A DNA stretch of 64,000 nucleotides from a virus. The position numbers were made by a program, and so were the translations under genes. This document shows positions 44,810 to 54,787 of the stretch, one piece after another (within the stretch, counting starts at the first letter, position 1; each line of letters begins with the position of its first letter). The notes under the pieces are model-generated. The model had not been told where the DNA came from and did no database searches. It saw only the letters and a list, made by a program, of their open reading frames with translations. The stretch lies in the IMG/VR virus record IMGVR_UViG_3300035696_000014, positions 32,001 to 96,000 of that record; one strand, 5' to 3'.

Positions 44810-47800
44810 TCACATGAAGGTGATGCCCGAGTTGGTGATGATGAAGTCAATCGCGATGAACTCGACCACTCGGGTCGGGACCACGACGATGCGACCGTTC
44901 ATCCGGTACTGATCAACGTCAGTCTGGGTGTTGTTCGTCGAGTTGCAGATGACCTGGAAGGCTTCGATGCCTGCCTGGGTCTGGATCAGGCCGAGCTGCA
45001 ACACAGTCTGCGCCGTGAAGGCGTTCTGGGTTGCGGCGTCGTTCTGCTCGAACTCCAGCTGCAGAGCGATGTTGCTGACGATGCGCTTGATCTCCAGCAG
45101 CAGGCGGCGGACGTTGACGCGGTCCAGCGCCGAGGAGGCTGCCTGGAGCGTCTTCTGTCCGAAGATGACGAAGCCCTGCCGCGGGAAAGTGGCGATCGGG
45201 TTGATGCGGCTGGTGTACAGCGTGTCGCGGTCTGCCGAGTTGAGGCGGACCCGCACGTTGGTGACGAAGTCCAGCGCCGCCCGGTTGAAGCCGGCCGGAG
45301 CGAACCACGGGTAGCCGATCTTGTCGTTGAAGCCGAGGGCACCCAGCGCCGCGATGGACGAAGGGACCTGGACGCGGCGGTTGTTGACGGTGTCCTGGAT
45401 GGTGACATCCGGGAAGTAGGTGCCGATGTAGTTGTTGTCGATGGCACGGGTGTTGAGGCCGACTGCCGTCTGATCAACATCGGGACGCGTGGAGTCGTTG
45501 TCGTACAGCCGGTTGCCCAGCTCGTCGTAGTTCTCCAGGTCCATGACGTAGAAGGCCAGGCCGTAGGTCTTCACCTGGGTACCAGCGTAGTCCGTCAGGA
45601 AGGGCTCACGGATGCCGGGCAGAACCAGGATGTTGTGGTTGACCTGCAACGGGTCCGTCATCACGTTGATGGCGGTGACGTAGGAGGAGACGGTCGAGTT
45701 CGACTGGCCGGTGCCGTTCTGGTTGGTCAGGAAGCCCGGCGGGACGTAGCCCGGGAAGGCGCCACCGGTGTCGTTGCCGAGACCGTAGCCCGGGCCCTCG
45801 AGGCCCGTCTGCTCCGGCGGCAGCGCGTTGTCGTCGAAGCTGGTCGCCTTGTCGTTCATGCGCCGAGCATCGGGGTCCAGGAAGTTGACGCCGTCCCAGC
45901 CGCCGGCCAGGAAGGTGGTGAACTTCAGGTAGGGAGCGAAGCGGTTGAACTGCTGCGGGGTGCCCTTGCCGAGCAGCGTCGCGAAGGTGACGCGGTTGTA
46001 CTGCAGCGATGGGTCGGCGTAGGTGTACGTCGCACCGTCCAGCTTGGCGTTGCGGATGTAGGCAGCCTCCTTCATCGAGGTGTCGATCGATGAGGTCAGG
46101 CCCGACAGGCCGGTGCCGCCGAGGGTATCGAAGACGTCAACGAAGTTGTTGGAGAAGGCGACCTTCGCCAGGCTGAACTTGTTGTCGTTGAAGGTGTCTG
46201 CGTCGGAGCCCTCAACGAAGGTGTCGAGGCCCGAAGCACCCAGGAACTGGGTGTACGAGGACAGCAACGCGTTGGGCAGCGTCTCGATGTTCGGGTTGAG
46301 CGGGATGTCCAAGCGCTCGAACTGCACGCCCCAGTAGTAGGGCGGGTAGCTGATCTCGGTCGAGCCCGGCTCACCGAACCACACTGCGGGCGAGGGTCGG
46401 TTGCCCTTCGTCACCTTGGTGCGGAAGGGGACCGGCGGCAGCACCGAGGCGGTCAGCGACTGAGCGCTGCCCTTCAGGATGCCGCTGACGCGGACCAGGT
46501 TGGATGCCAGCACCGAGAAGTCATCGAGGTTGCTGTTGGTCTTCAGGACCGAAGCACCGCGGAAGCCGAAGGGCAGCGCCGTGGCGGGCACCGTCTGGTT
46601 GTAGACGGCATCGGTGATGTTGACGCGGATGTAAGCCGACTGGTTGGCGTACTTGCCCGAGGCCACGATGCGACGCTCAGTGTTGATCGTCGCGTCGAAG
46701 TTGTAGTAGACCTTGCGGTCACCGATGACGGCACCGATGAAGTTGTCAGCTGTCGGGTCGAGGCTCAGGTTGTTGAACTGCTCCAGGACGTTCGGGTTGA
46801 TGTCGGTGTCATCCCAGCTGCGGACCTGCAGCGAGAAGGTGCCGTACTGGTAGTTCTGCGTCGTCGATGCCTGCAGGTTGACGATGCTGATCTTGTAGAG
46901 GTTGTTGGCGTACTGGCCGTCGTCCAGAGCCTCGACGTTGAAGAGGTCGTACTCCACCTTGCCGAAGGGCTGGCTGATGAAGTTCGTCGTCTTCGGGGTC
47001 TGGTACCGCGCATCGAAGGCGCCGAAGCTGGCCCGGAACGAGGTGTTGTCGAACCACGGGCTAGCAACGTAGGCAGTGTCCGGGTTGTTGGCGCTGACGT
47101 TGGCAGTGCCCGACAGGACCGCGGCGACCGTAGCAGTGGCGACCTCATCGTCGACCGCGAAGTCGGCGTAGAGCACGTGCTGGAACTCGACGAAGTTGTC
47201 GGGGTTGGTGTTCAGCAGCTTGGCGTAGTAGTTGATGTCATCCGGGTCGAACGACGCGGTGACGATGTGGCAGCCCGGGTTGCCGTCGTCGTTGTAGAAG
47301 TCGGAACCCAGTGCCGAGGAGATGATGAGCTTGAAGTAGCCGCTCGGGCTCGTTGCCGAGCTGCCCACCATCGCGCCGTAGTCAGCCAGGCTGTTGATGA
47401 AGCCCGCCGTCGAAGAGGCGCTGGAGAAGTCCTGTGCGCCGTTGGCGACCATCAGGCGGGCGCCCGAGGCCATCAGGACCATGCCGCGGATCAGGTTGGC
47501 GGTGCCGCCGTTGAAGCTGTCGTTGTCGGTGAAGATGGCGGGGCCGAAAGCCTCGTCAGACTGCACCGTGTGCTGTGCGGCCAGGAACTGGACCACGCCG
47601 GTGTGGCGGCCATAGGGGTCTGCGCTCTTCGGGTGCTTGCCAGGATCTGTTGCGCTGTAGGCGAAAGCCGGAGTGCCATCGAGGTGGAAACCAGCACCGA
47701 CGGTGCGGCCCGTGTCCAGGGTGCGGTTGATGTCAGCGCCCGTGGCGTTGGCACCTGCCCCTAGGATGCGCATGAAGGTGAGCGCGCTCCTGTTGGCCAG

Positions 47801-48028
47801 GAAGTAGTAGGCCGCGTACGGGCCGAACCGGGTCGGGTCCAGGGTGCCGAAGACAGCGTTGAACTGATCGAAGTTGCCGACCGTTACGGGGACGAAAGCA
47901 GGGCCGCGGTTTGCGGTACCGATGACCCCCGCCGGGACGCCCACAGGGTTCTGCGGCGACGGACCGGATTGGTCGATCTCCCGATCGTAAAAGTTGGGGG
48001 ACAGAAAGGTCTGCAGCGTCTGCGGCAT
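44810..48028 (-). CDS. Tail sheath protein, paralogue 1 (gp18-like)
   Basis: FLSP...REID, RGPAFVP, PWFAPAGFNR, INPIATFP, FGQKTLQ, LDRVNVRRLL. Confidence 0.93.
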   Translation of the reverse strand: MPQTLQTFLSPNFYDREIDQSGPSPQNPVGVPAGVIGTANRGPAFVPVTVGNFDQFNAVFGTLDPTRFGPYAAYYFLANRSALTFMRILGAGANATGADINRTLDTGRTVGAGFHLDGTPAFAYSATDPGKHPKSADPYGRHTGVVQFLAAQHTVQSDEAFGPAIFTDNDSFNGGTANLIRGMVLMASGARLMVANGAQDFSSASSTAGFINSLADYGAMVGSSATSPSGYFKLIISSALGSDFYNDDGNPGCHIVTASFDPDDINYYAKLLNTNPDNFVEFQHVLYADFAVDDEVATATVAAVLSGTANVSANNPDTAYVASPWFDNTSFRASFGAFDARYQTPKTTNFISQPFGKVEYDLFNVEALDDGQYANNLYKISIVNLQASTTQNYQYGTFSLQVRSWDDTDINPNVLEQFNNLSLDPTADNFIGAVIGDRKVYYNFDATINTERRIVASGKYANQSAYIRVNITDAVYNQTVPATALPFGFRGASVLKTNSNLDDFSVLASNLVRVSGILKGSAQSLTASVLPPVPFRTKVTKGNRPSPAVWFGEPGSTEISYPPYYWGVQFERLDIPLNPNIETLPNALLSSYTQFLGASGLDTFVEGSDADTFNDNKFSLAKVAFSNNFVDVFDTLGGTGLSGLTSSIDTSMKEAAYIRNAKLDGATYTYADPSLQYNRVTFATLLGKGTPQQFNRFAPYLKFTTFLAGGWDGVNFLDPDARRMNDKATSFDDNALPPEQTGLEGPGYGLGNDTGGAFPGYVPPGFLTNQNGTGQSNSTVSSYVTAINVMTDPLQVNHNILVLPGIREPFLTDYAGTQVKTYGLAFYVMDLENYDELGNRLYDNDSTRPDVDQTAVGLNTRAIDNNYIGTYFPDVTIQDTVNNRRVQVPSSIAALGALGFNDKIGYPWFAPAGFNRAALDFVTNVRVRLNSADRDTLYTSRINPIATFPRQGFVIFGQKTLQAASSALDRVNVRRLLLEIKRIVSNIALQLEFEQNDAATQNAFTAQTVLQLGLIQTQAGIEAFQVICNSTNNTQTDVDQYRMNGRIVVVPTRVVEFIAIDFIITNSGITFM

Positions 48029-48064
48029 TACCGTGCTCCTCTAGCGCGTGGTGAATCGCTAGGA

Positions 48065-48070
48065 TAAGTA
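48065..48070 (-). promoter_or_regulatory. Late-type promoter TACTTA
   Basis: Upstream of sheath RBS AGGAG. Confidence 0.6.
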
Positions 48071-48100
48071 CCACCCCCGCGGGACGAAGTCCACCTACGG

Positions 48101-49444
48101 TCAGTCCTCGACAGTCAGGATGGTCAGGCCACCGAGCGTGGCGTCAGCCGGCGAGAGCACTGTTTCGCCGGTGAACTGGTTGACGTTCCTGACGCGGAAC
48201 ATGCGTGTCACCACGCGGCCGTTGCGGTCGATACCAGTCACCTTCTTGAACTGCGGTGGCTGCGTGCCACGGGGCAACCTTGTCACTGCGGGATCATCAG
48301 GGTTGGTCACCGCGTCCTCGTTGGGGTAGTCCCGCGTCCCGCGCGTGAACCTTTGATCTGCACGTCGGACGGCCCAGTTGGGTTGCTGGTCGGTCTCAGT
48401 GCCCACGGTTGGCAACGTGGGGTCATCGGCTCCCAAGAACGGGGTGTCATAGGCCGGCGCGCCCGCATCACCCTCGGGGGTGCTGGTCAGGCCGACGCTG
48501 AACTCGATGGTCGGGCTCGACACGTAGCGCTTCAAAGGAACGGGCGCGCCCGGGACGCCCGTCGCGAGGATGTAGCCCGGGACCTTGACGACGAACTTGT
48601 ACTTGATCAGCCTCTCAACCTGCGAGTAGTCGTCGGTGTTGGCGTCGGATGACATCTGTCCCCCGTCGACGTTCGCCAGGAACCAGTAACCCTTCGGGGA
48701 GTCGATCCGCCAGACGTTGCCCTGTGGCAGGTACGAGGCGATCATCATCTCCAGCAGCTGGTTCATGTGGCTGGTGTACTGCGTCCAGAAGGTGACGTCG
48801 TACTGAGCAGTGAAGAACTGCGGCGCCGGGATGACGATGGTCTCCCAGATGTTGTTCTGCCGGTTGGGGATGAGCAGGCCTCCCTGTTGCACCGTCGGGT
48901 CCTGAGCGAGGTCGCCCACCGAACGTAGGGTGGTGAGCTGCATCGGGTCAGCCTGGTCTGGGTTCACCGCCAGGTTCTGCTGGTGCGGGATCAGCAGCCT
49001 GTTGACGAGCTGCTGGTAGTCCCGGTCAGTGTGATCGAGCTTACGACGAATGACGATCTCGCCCGTCTGTTGGTTGATGCCACGACCGGTGATGTCCTGG
49101 ACCGGGTCCTGGAAGATGTTGGTCCTGATGATGGTGACCAATGGCAGGATCAGGGCGCCGTTGCGGTCCTTGAGAGCGCGCATGCGCTTGTTCAGCGCCC
49201 ACTTCTCACCAGCCGCCATCAGCACCGGTACCTTACGGAGGCCATCGGGAGCGTCAGCACCGCCCTTGACGGCGAATGGGATCTCCTTGTCGAACAGGGT
49301 GAACAGAGCTTGGTCCACGTCGGTGATGCCGACGGGCGGGATCGTCAGGTCCTTGGGACCCGACTTGCCCTGGTAACCCGACTGCAGCGGTGGAACGCCG
49401 AGCCTGACCCGAGAAGCTGACTGCGAGTTGAAACGTGTCGGCAT
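48101..49444 (-). CDS. Tail terminator/completion protein (gp15-like)
   Basis: VPVL...GEKW, LILPLV.I.R, YDVTFWTQY..HMN; position after neck genes. Confidence 0.65.
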   Translation of the reverse strand: MPTRFNSQSASRVRLGVPPLQSGYQGKSGPKDLTIPPVGITDVDQALFTLFDKEIPFAVKGGADAPDGLRKVPVLMAAGEKWALNKRMRALKDRNGALILPLVTIIRTNIFQDPVQDITGRGINQQTGEIVIRRKLDHTDRDYQQLVNRLLIPHQQNLAVNPDQADPMQLTTLRSVGDLAQDPTVQQGGLLIPNRQNNIWETIVIPAPQFFTAQYDVTFWTQYTSHMNQLLEMMIASYLPQGNVWRIDSPKGYWFLANVDGGQMSSDANTDDYSQVERLIKYKFVVKVPGYILATGVPGAPVPLKRYVSSPTIEFSVGLTSTPEGDAGAPAYDTPFLGADDPTLPTVGTETDQQPNWAVRRADQRFTRGTRDYPNEDAVTNPDDPAVTRLPRGTQPPQFKKVTGIDRNGRVVTRMFRVRNVNQFTGETVLSPADATLGGLTILTVED

Positions 49445-49447
49445 GGC

Positions 49448-50143
49448 TCACTTCCCGCCCGGCTGGTTGGCCGGGTCATCTTCATCGTAGAAGGAGCTGT
49501 CACCTGGGAACTCGCCGCCCTTCTCGGACACCTCCTTGGCGCCGGTGATGGGCTTGTCGAGCACGGCGGGGTTCTGCAGGTCGCGGATGTCGCCGGTGAC
49601 ACCCTCCTTGTTGACAGCCTGGCCGCGCTGCTGGTAGAAGTCTGTCTGCACCGCGCCGGGGTCCGGGCGGCTGATGTCAGTGGGCCCGATGGTGAGCGCC
49701 TTGAACTGCGTCTCGCGGGCCTTGGTGCCGATCAGCTTGACGCCGTCCTTGTGCTCGGGCATGCCGTAGATGTTGCGCATGAAGAGCTTCTCTGTCACCT
49801 CGTAGAAGACGTCTGAGAAGGAGAAGAAGTCGCCGATGGCCGGGGTAATGCCCTTGTCGACCAGGTCACGCCACTGGACGTAAGCCTCGATCTTGAACTG
49901 TGCATCGACACCGAAGGGGGTGATCTTGGTGTCTGACTGGAAGTGGGTGTCCACCAAACAGTCCAGAACGATGGGCTTGTCGAAGGTCTTCTGAAGCGCC
50001 TCGTTGTAGAGGACATCGACCTTGGTCTTGTTCTCGTTGACAGCGTAGTAGTAGATCTTCTGCCCGACGACGTCCTTGATCAGCTCCTTGGTGATGTCGC
50101 TGATGAAGTTGAACTCCCGTGGCGTGAGGTACAGGCGTCCCAT
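49448..50143 (-). CDS. Neck/head closure protein (gp14-like)
   Basis: ELIKDVVGQKIYYY, LYNEA, IGDFF...FYEV; gene order 13-14-15. Confidence 0.65.
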   Translation of the reverse strand: MGRLYLTPREFNFISDITKELIKDVVGQKIYYYAVNENKTKVDVLYNEALQKTFDKPIVLDCLVDTHFQSDTKITPFGVDAQFKIEAYVQWRDLVDKGITPAIGDFFSFSDVFYEVTEKLFMRNIYGMPEHKDGVKLIGTKARETQFKALTIGPTDISRPDPGAVQTDFYQQRGQAVNKEGVTGDIRDLQNPAVLDKPITGAKEVSEKGGEFPGDSSFYDEDDPANQPGGK

Positions 50144-50146
50144 GGT

Positions 50147-51385
50147 TCACCCGAAAATGATGGCTTTGCCGTGCGGGATCGCGGTGTACTTCAACATCTG
50201 CTGCATCGCCTCTCCGATGTTGGCCTGAGACTTCAACAGGTTCTCATAGGTGAGCTTCTCCAGGAACTCCTTGAGGTTCGTCATCAGCCTCTCCTGGTCA
50301 GCACGGCCCTGTTCGATCAGCGCAGCGCCGTTCAACTGCAGGTCGGCGTTGGGGATCGGGATGACCTGGAACTTGCTGCGGTTGATGCCCAACAGCTCGC
50401 GGGCCAGCGCCAGCGCGTACTGCCTGATCCATTGCCTGCCCGGCGTGGTGATGGTGCTGTAGGGCAGGATGCTGAAGGGCACGTTCTCAGGACCGCTGAT
50501 GCCGTAGATCGAGTCATCAATGAAGTCAGGGTCAAAGACGCTGGTCGGCGTGTAGACGCGGACGTAGAGGTTGCCCATGCCGTATGGGCCCGATCCGATG
50601 CCAGCATCGTTGTATGACTGTGGCTGCGGCGAGATGCGTAGGTTGCCGCCGATCACCTCATACGAGTAGTTGGAACGCCTGACACGGAACGCTTCCTTCA
50701 ACATGCCGCGCCGGACGACGTCCTCGAAGACGGGCAACACGTAGAAAACGGTGCTGTTGACGTATGACTCGTAGTTGAAGTTGGTGGCCAGGAAGTTGGT
50801 GATGTTCGACGCGTTGAGCAGGAAGGTCTGCGCTGCGATTGGTTCGAAGTGAAAGACCTCCATGACGCGGAACTTGCCACGTGAGCCCGTGGGCAGGTTG
50901 TCGACCAACAGGCCCAGGTCTTCGGAGTACATGCCTCCAGACCGCGGGTCGTAGTTCACCGTTGCGTGGAGCTCGGTGTAGAGGTTGTAGTCCTGCTTGC
51001 CGGGCACCAGCTCAAAGAAGCCCAGGGTGTAGTCGTAGTTGCCACCGACGTAGGAGGCCTGCGCGTAGGCGTCGCTGAGGCGAAACAGGAAGTCCAGGTT
51101 CTGTTGCGGGTACTTGTTGGTCAGGTCAGTCGAGCCGGTGGGCTGCCCCAGGACGTTGGCGAGCTGGCTGATGATCTTCAGCTCCTGCACCATGCGACCG
51201 TACTCGAGGGTCGCCTGCTCCAAGCATGACCACACTTCCTTCTTCGTCAGCTCCACGCTGAGGATGTCGTCGCCCAGCATTCGCTTGGCAAACGTGACCA
51301 TCGCGTCAGCTTCGACCTGGAATGCTGCGTCCGAGTCGAAGAAGCCGAAAGGGGTGGGTTGGACGGTCTGGTTGAAGTTCGTCAT
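50147..51385 (-). CDS. Neck/head-tail adaptor protein (gp13-like)
   Basis: LG...LSVEL, WIRQYALALARELLG..RSKF..IPIP...LQLNG..L. Confidence 0.8.
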   Translation of the reverse strand: MTNFNQTVQPTPFGFFDSDAAFQVEADAMVTFAKRMLGDDILSVELTKKEVWSCLEQATLEYGRMVQELKIISQLANVLGQPTGSTDLTNKYPQQNLDFLFRLSDAYAQASYVGGNYDYTLGFFELVPGKQDYNLYTELHATVNYDPRSGGMYSEDLGLLVDNLPTGSRGKFRVMEVFHFEPIAAQTFLLNASNITNFLATNFNYESYVNSTVFYVLPVFEDVVRRGMLKEAFRVRRSNYSYEVIGGNLRISPQPQSYNDAGIGSGPYGMGNLYVRVYTPTSVFDPDFIDDSIYGISGPENVPFSILPYSTITTPGRQWIRQYALALARELLGINRSKFQVIPIPNADLQLNGAALIEQGRADQERLMTNLKEFLEKLTYENLLKSQANIGEAMQQMLKYTAIPHGKAIIFG

Positions 51386-51399
51386 CGCGGGCCCGGAGG

Positions 51400-51428
51400 T
51401 AACTATGGAGAGGGGATCAGCCTAGTTA
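51400..51428. promoter_or_regulatory. Back-to-back divergent late-type promoters (TAGTTA on each strand)
   Basis: TAACTA 51400-51405 and TAGTTA 51423-51428 in a 50-bp intergenic gap. Confidence 0.65.
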
Positions 51429-51435
51429 AGCGGCG

Positions 51436-52488
51436 ATGTCAGGCACTCCGTACATGGGGCTGGTGCTCCCGACCCCCGGTGTCACACCAGGGGGTTCTTC
51501 CGCGACTGCATGGGCGCCGATGTTGGTTAGCGCCTCGCTGGTGATCGACAGCCACAACCACAGCGCTGGTCATGGCGCTCCCATCGAGATCACCTACTTC
51601 CTGTCCCAGAGCTACTCGGGCTCCTACTCCAGCGGCTCGTGGTCTGGCGGGCACCCGTACTCAGGCAGCTTCACCGGCAGCGGCATCTTCACTCCAGTCA
51701 CCTCGACCTACACCGTCCCCTACTTCGAGGGCTACGGTGGCACCAACGTCAGCACCAACTCGTTGGGACAGATCATCATCAGCTCGTCGATGGGTGACAC
51801 CAACGCCTCGTACCTGCTCGTCAACCCAGACGGCGGAAAACCCAACTCTCGAGTCTTCGCGGTAACGGGAGGCTTGTCGGTCACCGACGGAGGCCCAGGT
51901 GGGAGCTACCTGCTGTCATCCTCTGCTCCCGTCTTCCAGAACATGGTGGGCCAGGGAGGGATCGTTGTCTCCCACGCGGGCCAGACCTGGTACGTTTCGT
52001 CATCAGTCCCCGTGACTGACACCTTCGTGGGGATCGGCGGCACTTCCGTCGTTGTCTCGGGCAGCGTCGTCACCATCTCTTCATCGATCAGCACGGCTCT
52101 GTCACAGAGCTTCTACGGCCAGGGAGCCACCTCCGTCCTTGTCTCTGGGAGCAATGTCTTCGTCTCGTCGTCGGTGCCCGTCAACACTGGGCCCAAGCTC
52201 AACGTGTCGACCTTCTTCTCCGCGGTGACCCCGAACGTCACCGCCAGCACGGGCCTGAACCTCATCGATGCAACGGGTGGCAACATCAACGTCTGCCTCC
52301 CGGATGCCACTCTCAACTCTGGACAGCCACTGTACGTCAAGCAGATCGACAGCTCGGGCAACACTGTCAACGTCAACACCGTCAATGCTGCAACGCAGCT
52401 CATCGATGGTGAGCCCACCCAATCATTCAACGTCCAGTGGACGACGCTGAGCATCATCGCATCGGGCAGCAACTGGTACATTGTGTGA
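51436..52488 (+). CDS. Ser/Gly/Thr-rich putative virion structural protein
   Basis: IDSHNH..G.G N-terminus, repeated GxGGxxVxxSGSxxxVSSS, C-terminal LPDA...IDG...NWYI domain. Confidence 0.7.
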   Translation: MSGTPYMGLVLPTPGVTPGGSSATAWAPMLVSASLVIDSHNHSAGHGAPIEITYFLSQSYSGSYSSGSWSGGHPYSGSFTGSGIFTPVTSTYTVPYFEGYGGTNVSTNSLGQIIISSSMGDTNASYLLVNPDGGKPNSRVFAVTGGLSVTDGGPGGSYLLSSSAPVFQNMVGQGGIVVSHAGQTWYVSSSVPVTDTFVGIGGTSVVVSGSVVTISSSISTALSQSFYGQGATSVLVSGSNVFVSSSVPVNTGPKLNVSTFFSAVTPNVTASTGLNLIDATGGNINVCLPDATLNSGQPLYVKQIDSSGNTVNVNTVNAATQLIDGEPTQSFNVQWTTLSIIASGSNWYIV

Positions 52489-52495
52489 GGTCTTC

Positions 52496-53716
52496 ATGAG
52501 CTTTTTCCCCAAGATCACCACTGCGCCGGCAGACGGCCCCAGCGTAGACGCTTTTGGTCGCCAACGTGTCGGCGAGCCTTTCACCCTGTTCGACAGCAAG
52601 CAGCTGATCGACGGGGGTCCATTGTTCTGGGCCACCCAGACGGTGTCTGGCAGCACCATCAACTGGATGGTCAATCGGTCATCAACGATCCTGACGACGT
52701 CAGGAACGGTGGGCTCCCAAGCGATCAGGCAAACCAAACGACGGTTCAACTACCAACCGGGCAAGTCGCTGTTCATCAACCAGACCTTCGTCATGGGACC
52801 GCCCGTGCCCGGCATCCGCAAAGACGTCGGCTACTTCGACGAGAACGATGGCATCTACTTCCAGCAGGACATGACTGGCACCCTGAACTTCGTCAGGCGT
52901 AGCAACGTCACGGGCCAGCCGGTCGACATCCACATCCCACAGTCACTATGGAACCTTGACAGGTTTGACGGAACGGGACCATCCGGCATCGTGCTAAACC
53001 CGGCCCAAGCACAGATCCTGGCGATCGACATGCAATGGTTGGGCGCAGGCCGTGTCAGGATGGGCTTTGAAATCAACGGCGTCCTGTTCTATGCACACCA
53101 GTTCAGCCACGCCAATCAGATCAACTCGGTCTTCATGTCGAAGCCCAACCTGCCAGTCAGGGCGGCCGTGATCTGCCAGAGCGGCTCACTCAGCGGCTCG
53201 CTAGAGCACATCTGCGCTTCTGTTATCTCCGAAGCGGGCTACGATCCCCCGGGCCTGATCTTCTCGGCCAACCGCAGCACCAGCTCGATCAGCGTCGACC
53301 AGAATGCCATCTACCCGTTGCTGTCGTTGCGGATGATGTCGGGCTCGCTGACAACCAACGTGCTCCTGCAGTCGATCCGCATCATCTCTGAGACAGGCAG
53401 CAACTTCCTGTGGCAGCTGTTCCTCAACCCGACCATCAACGGTGGCACTGACAACGCCAACTGGACAAAAAACTTCGGCAGCTCGCTGCAGTACGACATC
53501 TCTCGCACCACGGCGAACACTCTCAGCGGTGGCATCCTGTTGGACAGCGGCTACGGCACTGAAGCTGCCGACTTCGTTGCTCAGGCTGAGCCCTCGGTCT
53601 TCGCCTTTGGCTCACAGATCGACGGCACTCAGGACCAGGTCGTCCTCGGCATCACATACCTCGGCATGGGTTCCAGCAACATGCTGGGTGCAATGACCTG
53701 GCGAGAGCTGCCCTGA
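52496..53716 (+). CDS. Conserved phage beta-rich (lectin-like) structural protein
   Basis: DAFGRQRV..P.TLFD, RQTKRRFNYQPGKS, WLGAGRVRMG, MTWRE. Confidence 0.65.
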   Translation: MSFFPKITTAPADGPSVDAFGRQRVGEPFTLFDSKQLIDGGPLFWATQTVSGSTINWMVNRSSTILTTSGTVGSQAIRQTKRRFNYQPGKSLFINQTFVMGPPVPGIRKDVGYFDENDGIYFQQDMTGTLNFVRRSNVTGQPVDIHIPQSLWNLDRFDGTGPSGIVLNPAQAQILAIDMQWLGAGRVRMGFEINGVLFYAHQFSHANQINSVFMSKPNLPVRAAVICQSGSLSGSLEHICASVISEAGYDPPGLIFSANRSTSSISVDQNAIYPLLSLRMMSGSLTTNVLLQSIRIISETGSNFLWQLFLNPTINGGTDNANWTKNFGSSLQYDISRTTANTLSGGILLDSGYGTEAADFVAQAEPSVFAFGSQIDGTQDQVVLGITYLGMGSSNMLGAMTWRELP

Positions 53717-53732
53717 TCTCAACCGCCGTCCA

Positions 53733-54410
53733 TCACTTCTTGCCCCTCACGAACGATCGGGCCAGCTCGCGGATCAGCTCCTCGCCCTCGACGACCGCTG
53801 GACCCGCTGATCGCTGAGCATACCGCTCTTTCAGCGTTGTCGGTTGTCGCGCTGGGCCTGATGGCTTCGCGGCGCCGCCCGGGACTCGGGGGGCAAAAGG
53901 CTTGCTCTCGTCAACACGCTTCGGCGGGGGAGCAGGTGCTGGCTTGGGCTTCGCTTTGACTGGAGCTTCAACCACAATGGGCTTGGGCTCGGGCGGCGGA
54001 AGCGGCGTAGCGCTCTTGCGGTTGACGACGATGGGAGCCGACGCGGTCACGCTGACACGGGGGACTTCCTTCTTCGCCGGGACGCGGATCGCTTCTGCAA
54101 CGACCTTGACGGCCTGCTTCAGGTTGATGTTGAACTGGACAGGTGCAAAGTAGCGGTTCTCGATCAGCACCTCAACGCGGCTGAGGTACTGGCCTTCCTT
54201 TAGCTTGCCCTTCAAGATCGGCAGCATGAACTGGACGACGCCGTCATCAGGGGTCGGGCTGCCGCTGAACATCAGGGCCTGGTCACCTGACTCCTCGAGC
54301 ACCAGGCGCACCTTGGCCGGTGCCTGGTCGATGCCCTCGACACGGACCTTGAACAACAGCTCGTTGGCTTCTTCGATGTCGAGATCGATGGTTTCGAGGA
54401 AGGAGTCCAT
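53733..54410 (-). CDS. Hypothetical protein with Pro-rich linker (late-type promoter)
   Basis: TAGTTA (54417-54422) 6 nt before ATG. Confidence 0.7.
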   Translation of the reverse strand: MDSFLETIDLDIEEANELLFKVRVEGIDQAPAKVRLVLEESGDQALMFSGSPTPDDGVVQFMLPILKGKLKEGQYLSRVEVLIENRYFAPVQFNINLKQAVKVVAEAIRVPAKKEVPRVSVTASAPIVVNRKSATPLPPPEPKPIVVEAPVKAKPKPAPAPPPKRVDESKPFAPRVPGGAAKPSGPARQPTTLKERYAQRSAGPAVVEGEELIRELARSFVRGKK

Positions 54411-54424
54411 CGGCCTTAACTATC

Positions 54425-54787
54425 TCACTTCAGGCGCTCGACGGTGACCTTGATGTAGTCCCTGACCACCCTGACGCTCTCGGCCATGACGCTGGCGAAC
54501 CCACGGTCTTTCGACACGCGGACGCGGATCCAGCCCTTGATGGGCCGCTTGGGTTCAGTTCCGTTCGCCTCGATGAGCTTGGCCCAGACGATGACCTCGT
54601 CGAGCTCCGCCAGCCTACGCTTGGTGCCAGACTGCCCCAGCCTGAGACGCAGGGGCCGTTCGATGGCGGCGACGATCGCTGTGGGGACCCCGCCGTAGCC
54701 CTGCACCACCATGCTGCACAGGCCCGGGGTCCCGTTGGTCGCTGGACCCATGCCCCGGGTGATGATCTTCTGTGTTGTCTGGCTCAC
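54425..54787 (-). CDS. Hypothetical protein
   Basis: Coupled ORF (ATGA overlap). Confidence 0.65.
   Translation of the reverse strand: MSQTTQKIITRGMGPATNGTPGLCSMVVQGYGGVPTAIVAAIERPLRLRLGQSGTKRRLAELDEVIVWAKLIEANGTEPKRPIKGWIRVRVSKDRGFASVMAESVRVVRDYIKVTVERLK

Noticed and set aside
26427-51385. Bacterial extracellular contractile injection system or tailocin locus
   Set aside because: Presence of gp13/14-like neck genes and a linked T4-like replication module indicates a phage genome
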